Of a stretch of DNA of 64,000 nucleotides, positions 39,205 to 49,568 are shown piece after piece. A program made the position numbers and the translations under genes. Where the stretch lies: positions 7,558-71,557 of the forward strand of contig CAWFRA010000001.1 in NCBI GenBank assembly GCA_963818095.1, given 5' to 3'. This stretch comes from an uncultured delta proteobacterium (GTDB taxonomy: Bacteria > Desulfobacterota > Syntrophorhabdia > Syntrophorhabdales > WCHB1-27). How positions within the stretch are numbered: the stretch's first letter is position 1; the number at the start of each line of letters is the position of its first letter. The notes under the pieces are model-generated. The model was not told the DNA's origin and ran no database searches. It saw nothing but the letters and a program-made list of their open reading frames with translations.

Positions 39205-40298
39205 AAATGGGCGATGCAGCATCCGGCAGGCTTTCTTTCCTCGACCGTTTCCTGACGATATGGATATTCCTCGCCATGTTCGCAGGCGTAGGCTGGGGTT
39301 ACGCCTTCCCCGGCGTCGTCGGTTTCTGGGAGCGTTTCCAGAGCGGGACGACCAACGTCCCCATCGCCATAGGCCTTATTCTCATGATGTACCCGCCCCT
39401 CGCGAAGGTTAGATATGAGGAGCTCGGCGAGGTGTTCAAGAACTTCAGGGTGCTGGGCCTGTCGCTCGTGCAGAACTGGGTTGTCGGCCCCATCCTCATG
39501 TTCGTCCTGGCCGTTATCTTTCTGAGGGGCTACCCGGAATACATGGTGGGCCTCATCATGATCGGCCTGGCCCGCTGCATTGCCATGGTCATCGTCTGGA
39601 ACGACCTCGCCAGGGGCGACACCGAATACTGCGCGGGACTCGTAGCCTTCAACTCGCTCTTCCAGGTGCTTTTTTTCGCCGTGTACGCATACGTTTTTAT
39701 CACGGTGCTGCCCCCGATGCTCGGTCTGAAAGGGGTTGTGGTCAATATCACCATAGGTCAGATCGCAAAAAGCGTCTTTATTTACCTGGGCGTGCCTTTT
39801 ATCGCCGGGGTGGTCACCAGGTTTGTGCTCATCAACGTGAAGGACAAGAAGTGGTATCACGAGCGGTTCATTCCGAAGATCAGCCCCATCACGCTGGTCG
39901 CCCTGCTGTTCACCATCCTCGTCATGTTCTCCCTCAAGGGCGAATACATCGTCAGGATACCGCTCGATGTCGTCCGTATCGCGGTCCCGCTGCTCATCTA
40001 CTTCATCGTCATGTTCCTCGTCTCGTTCTACATGAGCGGGAAGGCAGGCGCGCACTACGGCCAGGCGGCGACCCTCTCTTTCACTGCCGCCTCCAACAAC
40101 TTCGAGCTGGCCATCGCCGTTGCAGTCGCCGTCTTCGGCATTAACTCGGGGCAGGCGTTTGCCGCCGTGATAGGGCCCCTGGTGGAAGTGCCCGTCCTGA
40201 TCAACCTGGTCCACCTGTCCCTCTGGTTCAAAAGGAAGTATTTCCCCTATGCGACGGAAACGGCAGTCGGTGTGTGCTACTACACGTGCAGGCAGTAA
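39186..40298 (+). CDS. acr3: ACR3-family arsenite efflux permease
   Basis: [24 protein letters not shown], ..[14 protein letters not shown].., about 10 TM segments, length ~360 aa. The start is probably an ATG at 39204-39210. Confidence 0.9.
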   Translation: MLRRGMKMGDAASGRLSFLDRFLTIWIFLAMFAGVGWGYAFPGVVGFWERFQSGTTNVPIAIGLILMMYPPLAKVRYEELGEVFKNFRVLGLSLVQNWVVGPILMFVLAVIFLRGYPEYMVGLIMIGLARCIAMVIVWNDLARGDTEYCAGLVAFNSLFQVLFFAVYAYVFITVLPPMLGLKGVVVNITIGQIAKSVFIYLGVPFIAGVVTRFVLINVKDKKWYHERFIPKISPITLVALLFTILVMFSLKGEYIVRIPLDVVRIAVPLLIYFIVMFLVSFYMSGKAGAHYGQAATLSFTAASNNFELAIAVAVAVFGINSGQAFAAVIGPLVEVPVLINLVHLSLWFKRKYFPYATETAVGVCYYTCRQ

Positions 40299-40389
40299 TA
40301 AAGCCGGGAGGGTAAGCATGGCGCTTTTTGAAAAAGTAGGCTGAATGACCTGAGGGGACGAGTCCGACGCGCCCGCAGTTAGCTGGCGC

Positions 40390-40633
40390 ATGCTGAAGTT
40401 TCCCGACGGCATCGCAAGTCCGCGTCAACGGCCTCACCGAGATACTGGCCGGCCTACACGCCGAAGGCAGGCAGGCGGACCGCGAGACGGCAAATGAGAT
40501 CCTCGAAAGGCTTGAAGCGAATAAGAACTTCATCCCTTCGTCGGGCCGCACCCGCACGGAGTACGCCCGCGTGCTGCTCGGCGAATACAGGCAGTACCTG
40601 AGCGAGCATGCCTCCGCAGACATTGGCGCCTGA
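40390..40633 (+). CDS. Possible small conserved ORF (~80 aa) with a 1-nt frameshift; function unknown
   Basis: MLKFPDG.. continues in the next frame as VRVNGLTEILAGLHAEGRQADRETANEILERLEANKNFIPSSGRTRTEYARVLLGEYRQYL. The 244-nt span is consistent with a single indel. Confidence 0.3.
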
Positions 40634-40763
40634 CGGCCGTTAAATACGGAAAAACGTCCCGGCGACCTTTTCTTTTCGTCACCACTCGACATTCTCGCCA
40701 ATTTATCTTAGAATCCAATTGTCGGAAAGAGTAATATTCTTTCTCGTGAAAGGAGAATCTCTT

Positions 40764-42039
40764 ATGACTTATTCAGCAGATTTCGAAAAGGCGCTTCAAT
40801 TCCGTCCCCCCAACATTAAACAGCTTTTCCCCAACTCCAAGGCGCTCATCGTCAGCGGCAAGGTCATCGACCGGGCCATGCGCGCCAAGGGGAAGGCGAT
40901 AGCGATGGCGTGCAACGGCAGGAACTACTTCGTCGTCCGGGGTGCTTTGCGGGCCGCCCAGCGCGCGAGGGCAGCCGTCATCATCGAGATAGCGAAGTCG
41001 GAAGGCGGGCAGAAGGCGTATTGCGCGGTCAATTACTGGAACATGGCGCGCATCGTCGATACCCTGTGCGACGAGATGGGCATCACCGTGCCGGTCGCAG
41101 TCCACGCGGACCATTACGGCATCAAGAGCGCGGGTGACGTCGCCTCCGCGAAGGTCGAGATACCGACGATGTTCGAGGCAGGGCTGACGTCCATCGCCAT
41201 CGACGCGTCGCATTTGCCCGACGATCAGAACCTGCTCGCCAATCTCGAGCTGAACCCGTTCGTTCCGAAATGGGCGGGCCTGGAGACGGAAGTCGGCGAG
41301 ATCAAGGGCAAGGAAGGCCTCTCGACGGTGCCCGAGGCAAGGTTCCTCATCCAGGGCCTCAACGCGAACGGCATCTTCCCCGACTGGATAGCCCTGAACA
41401 ACGGCACGACGCACGGCATCGAGGCGTCCGACGCGGGCATTCAGGTCGAGCTTACCGCGGAGATCCACAAGGCCCTCACCCCTTACAGCATCAGCGGGGC
41501 GCAGCACGGCACGTCCGGCAACAGCTCCGAGCGGCTGCGCGAGATCGCGAACCTGACGGCAACGACCAAGGCCAACGTGGCCACCGCCCTCCAGTTCATC
41601 TCATGGGGGGTCGAGGTCAACGACTACGGCAACGCCCAGCTCGACCCTAACGGCAACTTCATCAAGCGCAAGGGCGAAGGCATGACGGAAGAGCTGTGGG
41701 CCGAGATGATCGCCTACGCGGAAGGCAAGGGCTGGAAGAAGGGCGACTTCAAGAACCTGAACCTGCCCTTCGAGAACAAGCTGCTTGCGCAGCCCGCCGC
41801 AGTCCGCGAGGGGATGGCGAAGGCAGTAGAAGAATTCGCGTACAAGATGATGACCAAGGTGCTGAACGGCGCAGACACGGCCGAGCTCGGCATAGAGGCG
41901 CTCCTTTCGGCAGGCTCCTACGACCTGGGCCCCAAGGGCAAGCAGATAGAGAAGCCGGAAGAGTGGACGAAAGACAAGATCATCGAGCGTGGAAAAGGGC
42001 TGGGCGCCAAGGGGTCCGGCGGGCAACTTCGACGACTGA
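40764..42039 (+). CDS. fba: Class II fructose-1,6-bisphosphate aldolase; an apparent 1-nt insertion at ~42020 causes read-through in the raw sequence
   Basis: AAGGAG precedes the ATG at 40764. VPVAVHADHYG, SIAIDASH and NGTTHG motifs. Dropping one G from ggcGggc gives ..GSGGNFDD-TGA (42037-42039), just before a perfect terminator hairpin. Confidence 0.85.
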
Positions 42040-42047
42040 GCAATAAA

Positions 42048-42077
42048 GGCGGCGGGTGCGGAGAAGCACCCGCCGCC
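42048..42077 (+). terminator. Rho-independent terminator of fba
   Basis: ggcggcgggtgc-ggagaa-gcacccgccgcc (12-bp perfect stem), followed by a T-rich tcactctcctctttt. Confidence 0.65.
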
Positions 42078-42282
42078 TCACTCTCCTCTTTTCCATTCCG
42101 GACCGTCATAACAAGTCAACATCGGTGCGCGCCTCGCGGCGTCCGTCGTGCCATGACCCTTGCCAACCGATGGATGGGACATCATGGCAACCCGTTTGCG
42201 GTCTGATCGCGCAGAGACGAACATACTCAAAGAGGCCTGGGCAGGCCGAAGACTTCCGACGGGTGCACTCACCGACGTAAGG

Positions 42283-42420
42283 AGGGAGGGTCGTATCGCG
42301 TTGTTTTCGACCGAGCGAGCCGCAGCGTACGTTGTGTGTACGTGAGGACTCGCGACCGAGGAAACGACGCGAAAGGCGCGGAAGATCCCGGCCTGCCCCG
42401 GCCCCCACAATTCCGGTCCC
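42283..42420 (+). repeat. MITE/REP-like element, family A copy 4
   Basis: gcagcgtacgttgtgtgtacgtgaggactcgcgaccgaggaaacgacgcgaaaggcgcg(g)aagatcccggcctgccccggccccc. Confidence 0.65.
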
Positions 42421-42515
42421 GGCCCCCTCCCCTATTTCTTGACAACCGCCCTGTCCCCCCATACATTCCATTAAAAGCAAAACTCACATTCGGCTAAAGG
42501 GGGCCGGGACCGAAA

Positions 42516-44236
42516 TTGGACTATACCATCCGCATCGGCGGGGAAGCCGGCCAGGGGATGCAGACTATCGGCGATGGCCTGGGGAAGATTTTTACCAGGT
42601 CGGGCTATCTACGTCTTCATCCACCAGGACTACGAATCGCGCATAAGGGGCGGGCACAATTTCTGTCCAGGTCAGGGTGTCGGACTCACCCGTCGGCTGC
42701 TCGCGCGACTGCGCCGATATCGTGCTCGCTTTCGACAGGGCGAGTATCGGCGAGACAGGCGGCAAACTCGCCCCGTCGGGCATAATCGTCTACGACCCCG
42801 CGATGCTAAAGGAGCACCACGAAGGCCCGCAGTTCCTGGAGGTGCCGTTCATCGAGCTGGCAACGCAGGACGGCGGCAGCAGGATCATGGCGAACACGGT
42901 TGCAACAGGCGCGCTGCTCGGCATGCTCGGCCTGCCTCTCGACGTCTACATGGACGTCATAAACAGGCAGATGCGCAAGAAAGGCGATGCGACCGTAGAG
43001 GAGAACCGGAAGGCCGCCGAAAAAGGGCGCGACTACGCGGCCGCCCACTGCACGCAATGCAGCTTCACGAAGGCCCCGCCCGGCCCGGCCCGCATGCTGA
43101 TCGACGGCAACGCAGGCATCGGCCTCGGCGCGGTGCTGTCCGGCTGCGGCTTCTATTCCGGCTACCCGATGACCCCGTCCACCGGCGTGCTCCTCTATAT
43201 GGCCGCCAAGGCGAAGGAATACGGCATGGTCGTGGAGCAGGCGGAGGACGAGATCGCGGCGATCAACATGGCCATCGGGGCATCCTTACGCAGGGCGGCG
43301 CGCCATGACTGCTACTGCCGGCGGGGGCTTTGCCCTCATGGTCGAAGGCGTCTCGCTGGCCGCGATGACGGAGACGCCCGTCGTGATCGTCGTCGGCCAA
43401 AGGCCCGCCCCATCGACCGGGCTTCCCACGCGCACCGAGCAGGGCGATTTGCTTTTCGTCCTGCACTCAGGCCACGGGGAGTTCCCCAGGGCGCTTTTTG
43501 CGCCGGGCTCGCCCGAGCAGGCCGTCTTTCTGACGAACAAGGCCTTCGACCTGGCGGAAAAATACCAGATACCGGCCTTCGTGCTGACGGACCAGTACCT
43601 TGCCGACTCATCCTGGACATACGACGGGATCAGACCGCGAAGATCGTCTATAAGGACTACCGCCTGCGGGACGACGCCGGCACGCAGGCGCGTCATACAA
43701 GCGGTACGCCTTCACCCCTTCCGGCATATCGCCCCTGGCGATTCCGGGCGCAGGACCGGCCCTCGTAGTCGATGACAGCGACGAGCACGACGAGGAAGGC
43801 CACCTGATCGAGGACGCGCGAGACCCGCGTAAAGATGGTGCAGAAGCGGCTGCACCTGAAGCTGCCTGCGCTACGCCAGGAGATCGCCCCTCCCCTGCTC
43901 TACGGCAGCCGCGCACCCGACGCGGTGCTCGTCGGCTGGGGCAGCACTTACGGCGTGCTGCGGGAGGCGGTCGATACGCCTCTCGTCCCGCAAAGAGATC
44001 GCCCTTCTCCATTTCAGCGAGATCTGGCCCTTCCCTTCGACGGAGGCGTTCGACTACATCGGGCCTGCTCAGGCGGCCAAAAAGACGATCTCCGTCGAGA
44101 ACAACGCGACGTCCCAGTTCGCCCGGCTGCTTGCGGCGGAGACGGGTTTTTCGTGCGCTGCGGCGATCAACAAATACGACGGCAGGCCGTACCTGCTGGA
44201 TGAGCTTCTGGAGGAGTTGGATGGCAGACTTGCGTG
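42516..44236 (+). pseudogene. korA: 2-oxoacid:ferredoxin oxidoreductase alpha subunit (gamma-alpha fusion type) with five or more frameshifts
   Basis: Collinear pieces in shifting frames: IRIGGEAGQGMQTIGDGLGKIF / YVFIHQDYESRIRGGHNF / [49 protein letters not shown] / [48 protein letters not shown] / ..[14 protein letters not shown] / ..[18 protein letters not shown]. Confidence 0.8.
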
Positions 44237-45070
44237 AGTTCGACGGCAGTCACGCCCGCCTGGTGCCCCGGATGCGGCAATTTCGGCATCCTCGGCGCCT
44301 TTAAGAAAGCGATGGCGGACCTCGGCCTCGAACCGCACCAGATCATCGTCGTATCCGGCATAGGCCAGGCAGGCAAGTTCCCGCACTATACGCGGTGCAA
44401 CACCTTCAACGGGCTGCACGGCAGGGGCCTGCCCGTTGCCACGGGCATCAAGCTCGCAGGCGCGCCCACGCCCGTCATCGCGGTAGCGGGAGACGGCGAC
44501 GCCTACGGCGAGGGAGGGAACCACCTTATCCACGCGATCAGGCGCAACATCGACGTCAAGTTCTTCGTCCACGACAACCAGGTCTACGGCCTCACCAAGG
44601 GGCAGGCGTCCCCCACCTCGATGCAGGGCATGAAGACGAAGGCCCAGCCGGAAGGCGCGCCCGCCGCTCCCCTCAACCCCCTGGCGCTGGCCATCGCCCT
44701 CGATTGCAGCTTCGTCGCGAGAGGCTACGCCGGAGACCAGGAGCACCTCGCCCTGATGATGAAGGAGGCGATCAACCATGAAGGCTTCGCCCTCTTCGAC
44801 ATCCTCCAGCCCTGCGTCACCTTCAACCACGTCAACACGTACCAGTGGTTCGCAAGCAGGGTCTACCGCCTCGACGCCTCCTACGACCCCACGAACAGGG
44901 CCGCCGCCTTCGCAAAGGCGCTGGAGCCACCCGACACGATCCCCCTGGGCATAATCTACCGCAACAACCGCCCGCCTTACACAGCCCGCGCCGACAAGGC
45001 CACGCCGCCCGCAGCCGGGGCGTCCTTGGACTCCACCAGACTCGCAGGGATACTCCGGGAATTCTACTGA
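44234..45070 (+). CDS. korB: 2-oxoacid:ferredoxin oxidoreductase beta (TPP-binding) subunit
   Basis: [54 protein letters not shown]. Confidence 0.85.
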   Translation: MSSTAVTPAWCPGCGNFGILGAFKKAMADLGLEPHQIIVVSGIGQAGKFPHYTRCNTFNGLHGRGLPVATGIKLAGAPTPVIAVAGDGDAYGEGGNHLIHAIRRNIDVKFFVHDNQVYGLTKGQASPTSMQGMKTKAQPEGAPAAPLNPLALAIALDCSFVARGYAGDQEHLALMMKEAINHEGFALFDILQPCVTFNHVNTYQWFASRVYRLDASYDPTNRAAAFAKALEPPDTIPLGIIYRNNRPPYTARADKATPPAAGASLDSTRLAGILREFY

Positions 45071-45133
45071 CAGCTGTTTGGGTATCGACTGCCTTAGCCG
45101 GGGCCCTCGCGGTCTTGCAGTGCAGAGTCAGCG

Positions 45134-45844
45134 ATGGTAACCTTTGACACGTGTGGAGGGCTTGGACGAGCCGGTGAAATATCGGGGGAGGCATTGACTA
45201 AATTTCCGTACCTGGTAAAGGAAATCATCTATACACTTCAAGGTGAAGGCGCGAACGTTGGTCGCCCGGCAGTCTTGTTGCGGTTCAGTGGTTGTAACCT
45301 GTGGTCGGGAAAAGAGGAGGACCGGCAGGGCGCCGTATGCACTTTCTGCGACACTGATTTACTGGGTACTAACGGACCTAATGGCGGAGAATATGTCGAT
45401 CCGCAACAGTTGGCTGAATCGGCAGTTCGCCTCCTCCCGCCTGTTCGGTGGGCACACATTCGTCCCCTGATTGTTTGCACCGGGGGCGAGCCGCTGCTTC
45501 AATTGGATGAGCCTCTAATTCAGGCTCTCCACGCGGTTGGATTCGAGGTGGCCGTCGAAACGAACGGGACGATCATGCCCCCCGCCGGAATAGATTGGAC
45601 CTGCGTCAGCCCTAAGGCGGGAGCGCCCTTGAAGGTCACGGTGGGCGACGAGCTCAAGCTGGTGTTTCCCCAGAGGGGAGCAGAGCCGGAACAATATGAG
45701 GAGCTTGATTTCAGGTACTTCTTCCTTCAACCCAGAGACGGCCCGATGCATGGGCAGAATACAAGGCTGGCGGTAGGATACTGCCTGGAGCATCCCCGGT
45801 GGCGACTAAGCCTGCAGACCCACAAGCTCCTGGGAATACCATAG
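45134..45844 (+). CDS. queE: 7-carboxy-7-deazaguanine synthase (radical SAM QueE, CX14CX2C type)
   Basis: EIIYTLQGEGANVGRPAVLLRFSGCNLWSGKEEDRQGAVCTFCDTD, with 14 residues between Cys1 and Cys2. The start (ATG 45134 or TTG 45194) is uncertain. Confidence 0.85.
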   Translation: MVTFDTCGGLGRAGEISGEALTKFPYLVKEIIYTLQGEGANVGRPAVLLRFSGCNLWSGKEEDRQGAVCTFCDTDLLGTNGPNGGEYVDPQQLAESAVRLLPPVRWAHIRPLIVCTGGEPLLQLDEPLIQALHAVGFEVAVETNGTIMPPAGIDWTCVSPKAGAPLKVTVGDELKLVFPQRGAEPEQYEELDFRYFFLQPRDGPMHGQNTRLAVGYCLEHPRWRLSLQTHKLLGIP

Positions 45845-45854
45845 TGAGGATGAA

Positions 45855-46223
45855 ATGATAATCTTCAAGTCGTTCAAGATAGATGCGGCCCATCTCCTCC
45901 CCAATGTTCCGGTGGGCCACAAATGTTCACGCATGCACGGTCATGCGTTCCGGGTCGAGGTCCATATCAGAGGACCCCTGCAACCACGCACCGGGTGGGT
46001 CATGGACTTTGCAGACATAGCCAAGGCGTTTTGCTCCTCTTCATGACCAGTTGGACCATCGGTGCCTGAACGATATAGAGGGCCTTGAGAATCCGACATC
46101 TGAGAACCTGGCTCGCTGGCTATGGAAGCGCCTTAAGCCATCCCTTCCGGCCTTTGCAAGCTCATCGTGCAGGAAAGTCCTGAATCGGGATGCATTTATG
46201 AAGGCGAGTCCGAGGATGGTTGA
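45855..46223 (+). CDS. queD: 6-carboxytetrahydropterin synthase QueD with two compensating indels (~46030 insertion, ~46150 deletion)
   Basis: [38 protein letters not shown], then (+1) [39 protein letters not shown], then [21 protein letters not shown] at 46221. Confidence 0.8.
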
Positions 46224-46272
46224 TACCGGGCGATCAAGAACACATCATTGTCATGGCTATTCGTTGGGCGTG

Positions 46273-46417
46273 ATCTACCGCAACAACCGCCCGCCTTACA
46301 CCGCCCGCGCCGACGGGGCCACGCCGCCCGCAGCAGCAGCCTCCTTCGACCCCGGCCGCCTCGCAGGGATCATGCGGGAATTCTACTGACAGGCGTTTGG
46401 GTATTGACGGCCTTAGC
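46273..46417 (+). repeat. Diverged direct duplicate of the korB 3' end and its downstream sequence (partner 44954-45098)
   Basis: My manual alignment gives 125/145 identical positions. It still reads ..[38 protein letters not shown]-stop, versus korB ..[38 protein letters not shown]-stop. Confidence 0.85.
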
Positions 46418-46656
46418 TTGCCCCCGCCGTCAGACCTCTTCCATTTAGGGAGTAAGGGGCACCGAACGTTCAGGGCCTCGCGGCAGGGGGTCTTTCGGTT
46501 GTAAATATTTTTGTTTTTTTCCGTCAAGTTTCTCTTGCATTCGGCGCGTACGAGTGGTAATTGATAAATGGGTAGGCTGGGGGTCAACACCTCAGCAAGT
46601 GAAAAGGGTGAAGAACGCCCCCCTCGTCCCCACTATATCAAACCACAAAATTAATG

Positions 46657-46692
46657 TTGCACTTTAATCTGGGATTTGTATAATAGTCCCAG
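46657..46692 (+). promoter_or_regulatory. Putative promoter of the methyltransferase genes, with an inverted repeat bracketing the -10
   Basis: TTGCAC (46657-46662), 16 nt, TATAAT (46679-46684). CTGGGA (46669-46674) and TCCCAG (46687-46692) flank it. Confidence 0.45.
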
Positions 46693-46703
46693 AATGAGCG
46701 AAC

Positions 46704-48167
46704 ATGGCGTTTGAGACTCTGCTCGAAAGAGGCGACCTTGAGTGGTACGAAAGTCAGCTGGAAATGGCTGCACTTTTGCCATCGGGCGAGCCGGAAGTGG
46801 AGAACGAATTAGAGCAACTTTCCTCTCTTGATTCTACAGAAAGGGTCTTCGCAGAATTACAGTCAATCGATTGGGCGTTTACTAAAGATGAGACAAATTA
46901 CCTTTCACATGACATACACCCATATCCGGCAAAGTTTATACCGCAGATACCGCGCCACTTGATCTACGCCTATCTCTGCGCGGTGAGCTCGTTTACGATC
47001 CGTTCGGGGGGTGCGGTACAACGGCCCTAGAGGCAATTCTTTTGGGCAGGCACGCCTTAAGCTCTGATCTTAACCCTCTGGCAAAGGTGATCGGTGACGC
47101 AAAAACGCTCACTCTTACAAAGGAGGACGATGACGCCGTATGTGATTTTGTAGAGCAGCTTGTTTTGTTCTCCTCAAACCGTGATCGACTGAGGGGCGAA
47201 CTGAGTCAGCGCAGACGATTATCAACACCTCATTCCAGACATACCTAACATCTCCCGTGGTTCCACGAAAACGCTATCACCGAACTGGCGTATTTGCGCT
47301 GGCGTATTGAAAATCTTGGTTGCCTGAAAGCTCGGGCCCTTGCCTGCGTGTCGTTTTCGAAGTCTATTTTAAAAGCCTCATATCAGGACGGAGAAACGCG
47401 CTATGCGCGCAATCCGCGAAGTAGAAGCGGGCTCAATTATCCGATGGTTTGTAGCGAATCTTTCGACAGCGCTGAAGAAGGTACGTAAACTTGGTCCTCT
47501 TCTCCGATTTCGAGAAGCAATTTTCAAGACAATAGACCTGAGATTTCTTCCGATCGGAGAGAAGGAAGGGATGAGGGATGATAGGTTGGCAGACAACTCG
47601 GTCGACTTGATTGTTACTTCCCCCCCCTACCCGAACACAACAGACTACCATCTCTATCATCGGTTTCGGCTCTTCTGGCTTGGCTATAATCCTCGTGACC
47701 TGGGGCATGCTGAGATTGGCTCGCACCTAAGACACCAAAAAGAAGGAACCGGGTTTGACGGTTACCTTAAAGAAATGACGTTCTGTCTGCAAAAGATGAA
47801 GCAGGTCCTTCGCCCTGGTCGGTACAGTGTGATAGTCGTCGGAGATGGGGTTTTCAAGGGAAAAACATACAACACTGCGGAGCATCTTGGGAACGCTGCG
47901 AGAGAAATAGGTTTTGACGTCATTGGTACCTTGAATCGAGCGGTCCATGCCACAAAACGTTCCTTTATCTCCGCAGCAAGGCGGATGCGTACCGAAAACA
48001 TTCTTGTTTTGCGGAAACCAATGTGCGAAATAAAGCTTCAGCTCATCAAGCCACCCTGTGGAGCCTGGAATATTAGGAATAGCTTGATACCATGGGGATT
48101 GAAACATTTCGCCACAAAGCCCAAAGCATTGTGGGTAAGGAAATCTGAAACAAACAAAACGCTATAA
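46704..48167 (+). pseudogene. Amino (N4-C/N6-A) DNA methyltransferase 1, motif order I then IV (SPPY), with five or more frameshifts
   Basis: HDIHPYPAKFIPQIPRHLI / RGELVYDPFGGCGTTALEAILLGRHALSSDLNP / ..IPDIPNISRWFHENAITELAYL / ..DLIVTSPPYPNTTDYHLYH..RPGRYSVIVVGDG..ENILVLRKP. Confidence 0.7.
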
Positions 48168-48171
48168 GGCG

Positions 48172-49568
48172 ATGAAGGTATCAGCAAGCTTACCACTTTA
48201 CACATTGGGTTTGTCGCGCGCGAACTGTCCGAGGAAGCAACTTGGCAGGCAATAGTTGAAAATGGAGATATCCTCGCAGACCGGTCACAACATAAAGATC
48301 CAAAATATGCAACGCATGGTATTCATGCTTACAAGGGAAAGTTTTATCCTCAGCTTGCTAAAAGCCTTTTTAATCTCGCTCGCCTTGAGAATGGGCAGCG
48401 CGTTCTCGATCCATTCTGTGGCAGCGGAACCGTTCTGCTTGAAGGTTACCTGAACGGCCTCACTGCCTACGGGACGGATTTAAATGTGCTTGCCGTAAAA
48501 GTGGCACGTGTTAAATGAAATCATTCATGTTGATCCGTACCTGCGGGATCGGTTTTTGTCTCGTTTAGAAACACGATTAGAAACAATGGATGCTTCCGAT
48601 CACTGGCTCGATGTATTCACGGAGGTCGCTATCCAAGAGTTACAGTCCTGGTTCCCCAAACTCGTTCTGGCAAAACTGGGATGTCTTTTGCATAGCATCG
48701 GGGAGGTATCTGAACCACGCGTGCGTGAGTTTCTCGAAGTCATTGTGAGTAGCATCGTCCGGGACGTGTCCCAACAAAACCCCAGAGATTTACGGATTCG
48801 CCGGCGTCAAGAACCACTCACGGATGCGCCGGTATTGGAACTCTTCAAAGAACGTCTGCGCAGTATGCGCATACGGCTCCAACATTTTTCTGAGCGCTTA
48901 AAATATGCTCCGACAGCGTTTCATCCGGCCACAGCCATACATGGCGACTGTAGTGTTCCTAGTGTTTTTGAGGAAAATGGAATCGGGAGGTGTAGTATTG
49001 ATGCGATTATAACGAGCCCTCCATACGCGACCGCGCTTCCCTACATAGACACCGATCGCCTGATATCCTTTTACTTTTCGGCCTGAACTCACGGGAACGG
49101 CACGCTTGAAGCGTCACTCATTGGCAGCAGGGAAATTAGCAAAAAGAAAAAGAGAGATATTGATGAGTTAATTAACCGGAAAGTTTTTGATGGTATTCTC
49201 TCGGAAACCGCATGCTCCATCGTTCGAGAAGTGCGAGAGAGAGGAACAAAACAACCATCGTAGGGTTTCGGCGAGAAAACACTGCTGCGCTGCTTTATCT
49301 CTATTTCAGAGACATGGCTGTGGCGATGCGCAACCTTGATCCTATCCTCCGGCCTGGTGGGTCGGCCTTTTTTGTGATTGGAGATAACAAAACGACTGCG
49401 GGTAACGCAGAAGTGAAGATCACGAGTGGCCGCGTGCTACAAGAAATAGGCATGAGCATCGGATGGAAAGTGGCCGACGTAATCCCAATCACGGTAACGA
49501 CTGAGAACCGACTTCACGCTAAGAACAGCATCACTAAAAATGAGATCATCTGGTTCAGAAAAGCTTAG
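48172..49568 (+). pseudogene. Amino DNA methyltransferase 2, paralogous architecture, with three or more frameshifts (start uncertain)
   Basis: HGIHAYKGKFYPQLAKSLFNLARLENGQRVLDPFCGSGTVLLEGYLNGLTAYGTDLN / ..IDAIITSPPYATALPYIDTDRL / ..LRPGGSAFFVIGDNK..NEIIWFRKA. Confidence 0.7.

Noticed and set aside
40390-40633. Small ORF after acr3, considered as ArsD or a thioredoxin-like ars accessory protein.
   Set aside because: It has no vicinal-cysteine pairs (ArsD) and no CxxC motif, so I cannot place the family from memory. It is kept only as a low-confidence unknown ORF.
46669-46692. CTGGGA/TCCCAG inverted repeat at the methyltransferase promoter, considered as the recognition site of the R-M system because BfiI recognises ACTGGG.
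   Set aside because: The flanking bases give tCTGGGa, not ACTGGG. A 6-bp match is expected by chance, and specificity cannot be inferred from sequence alone.
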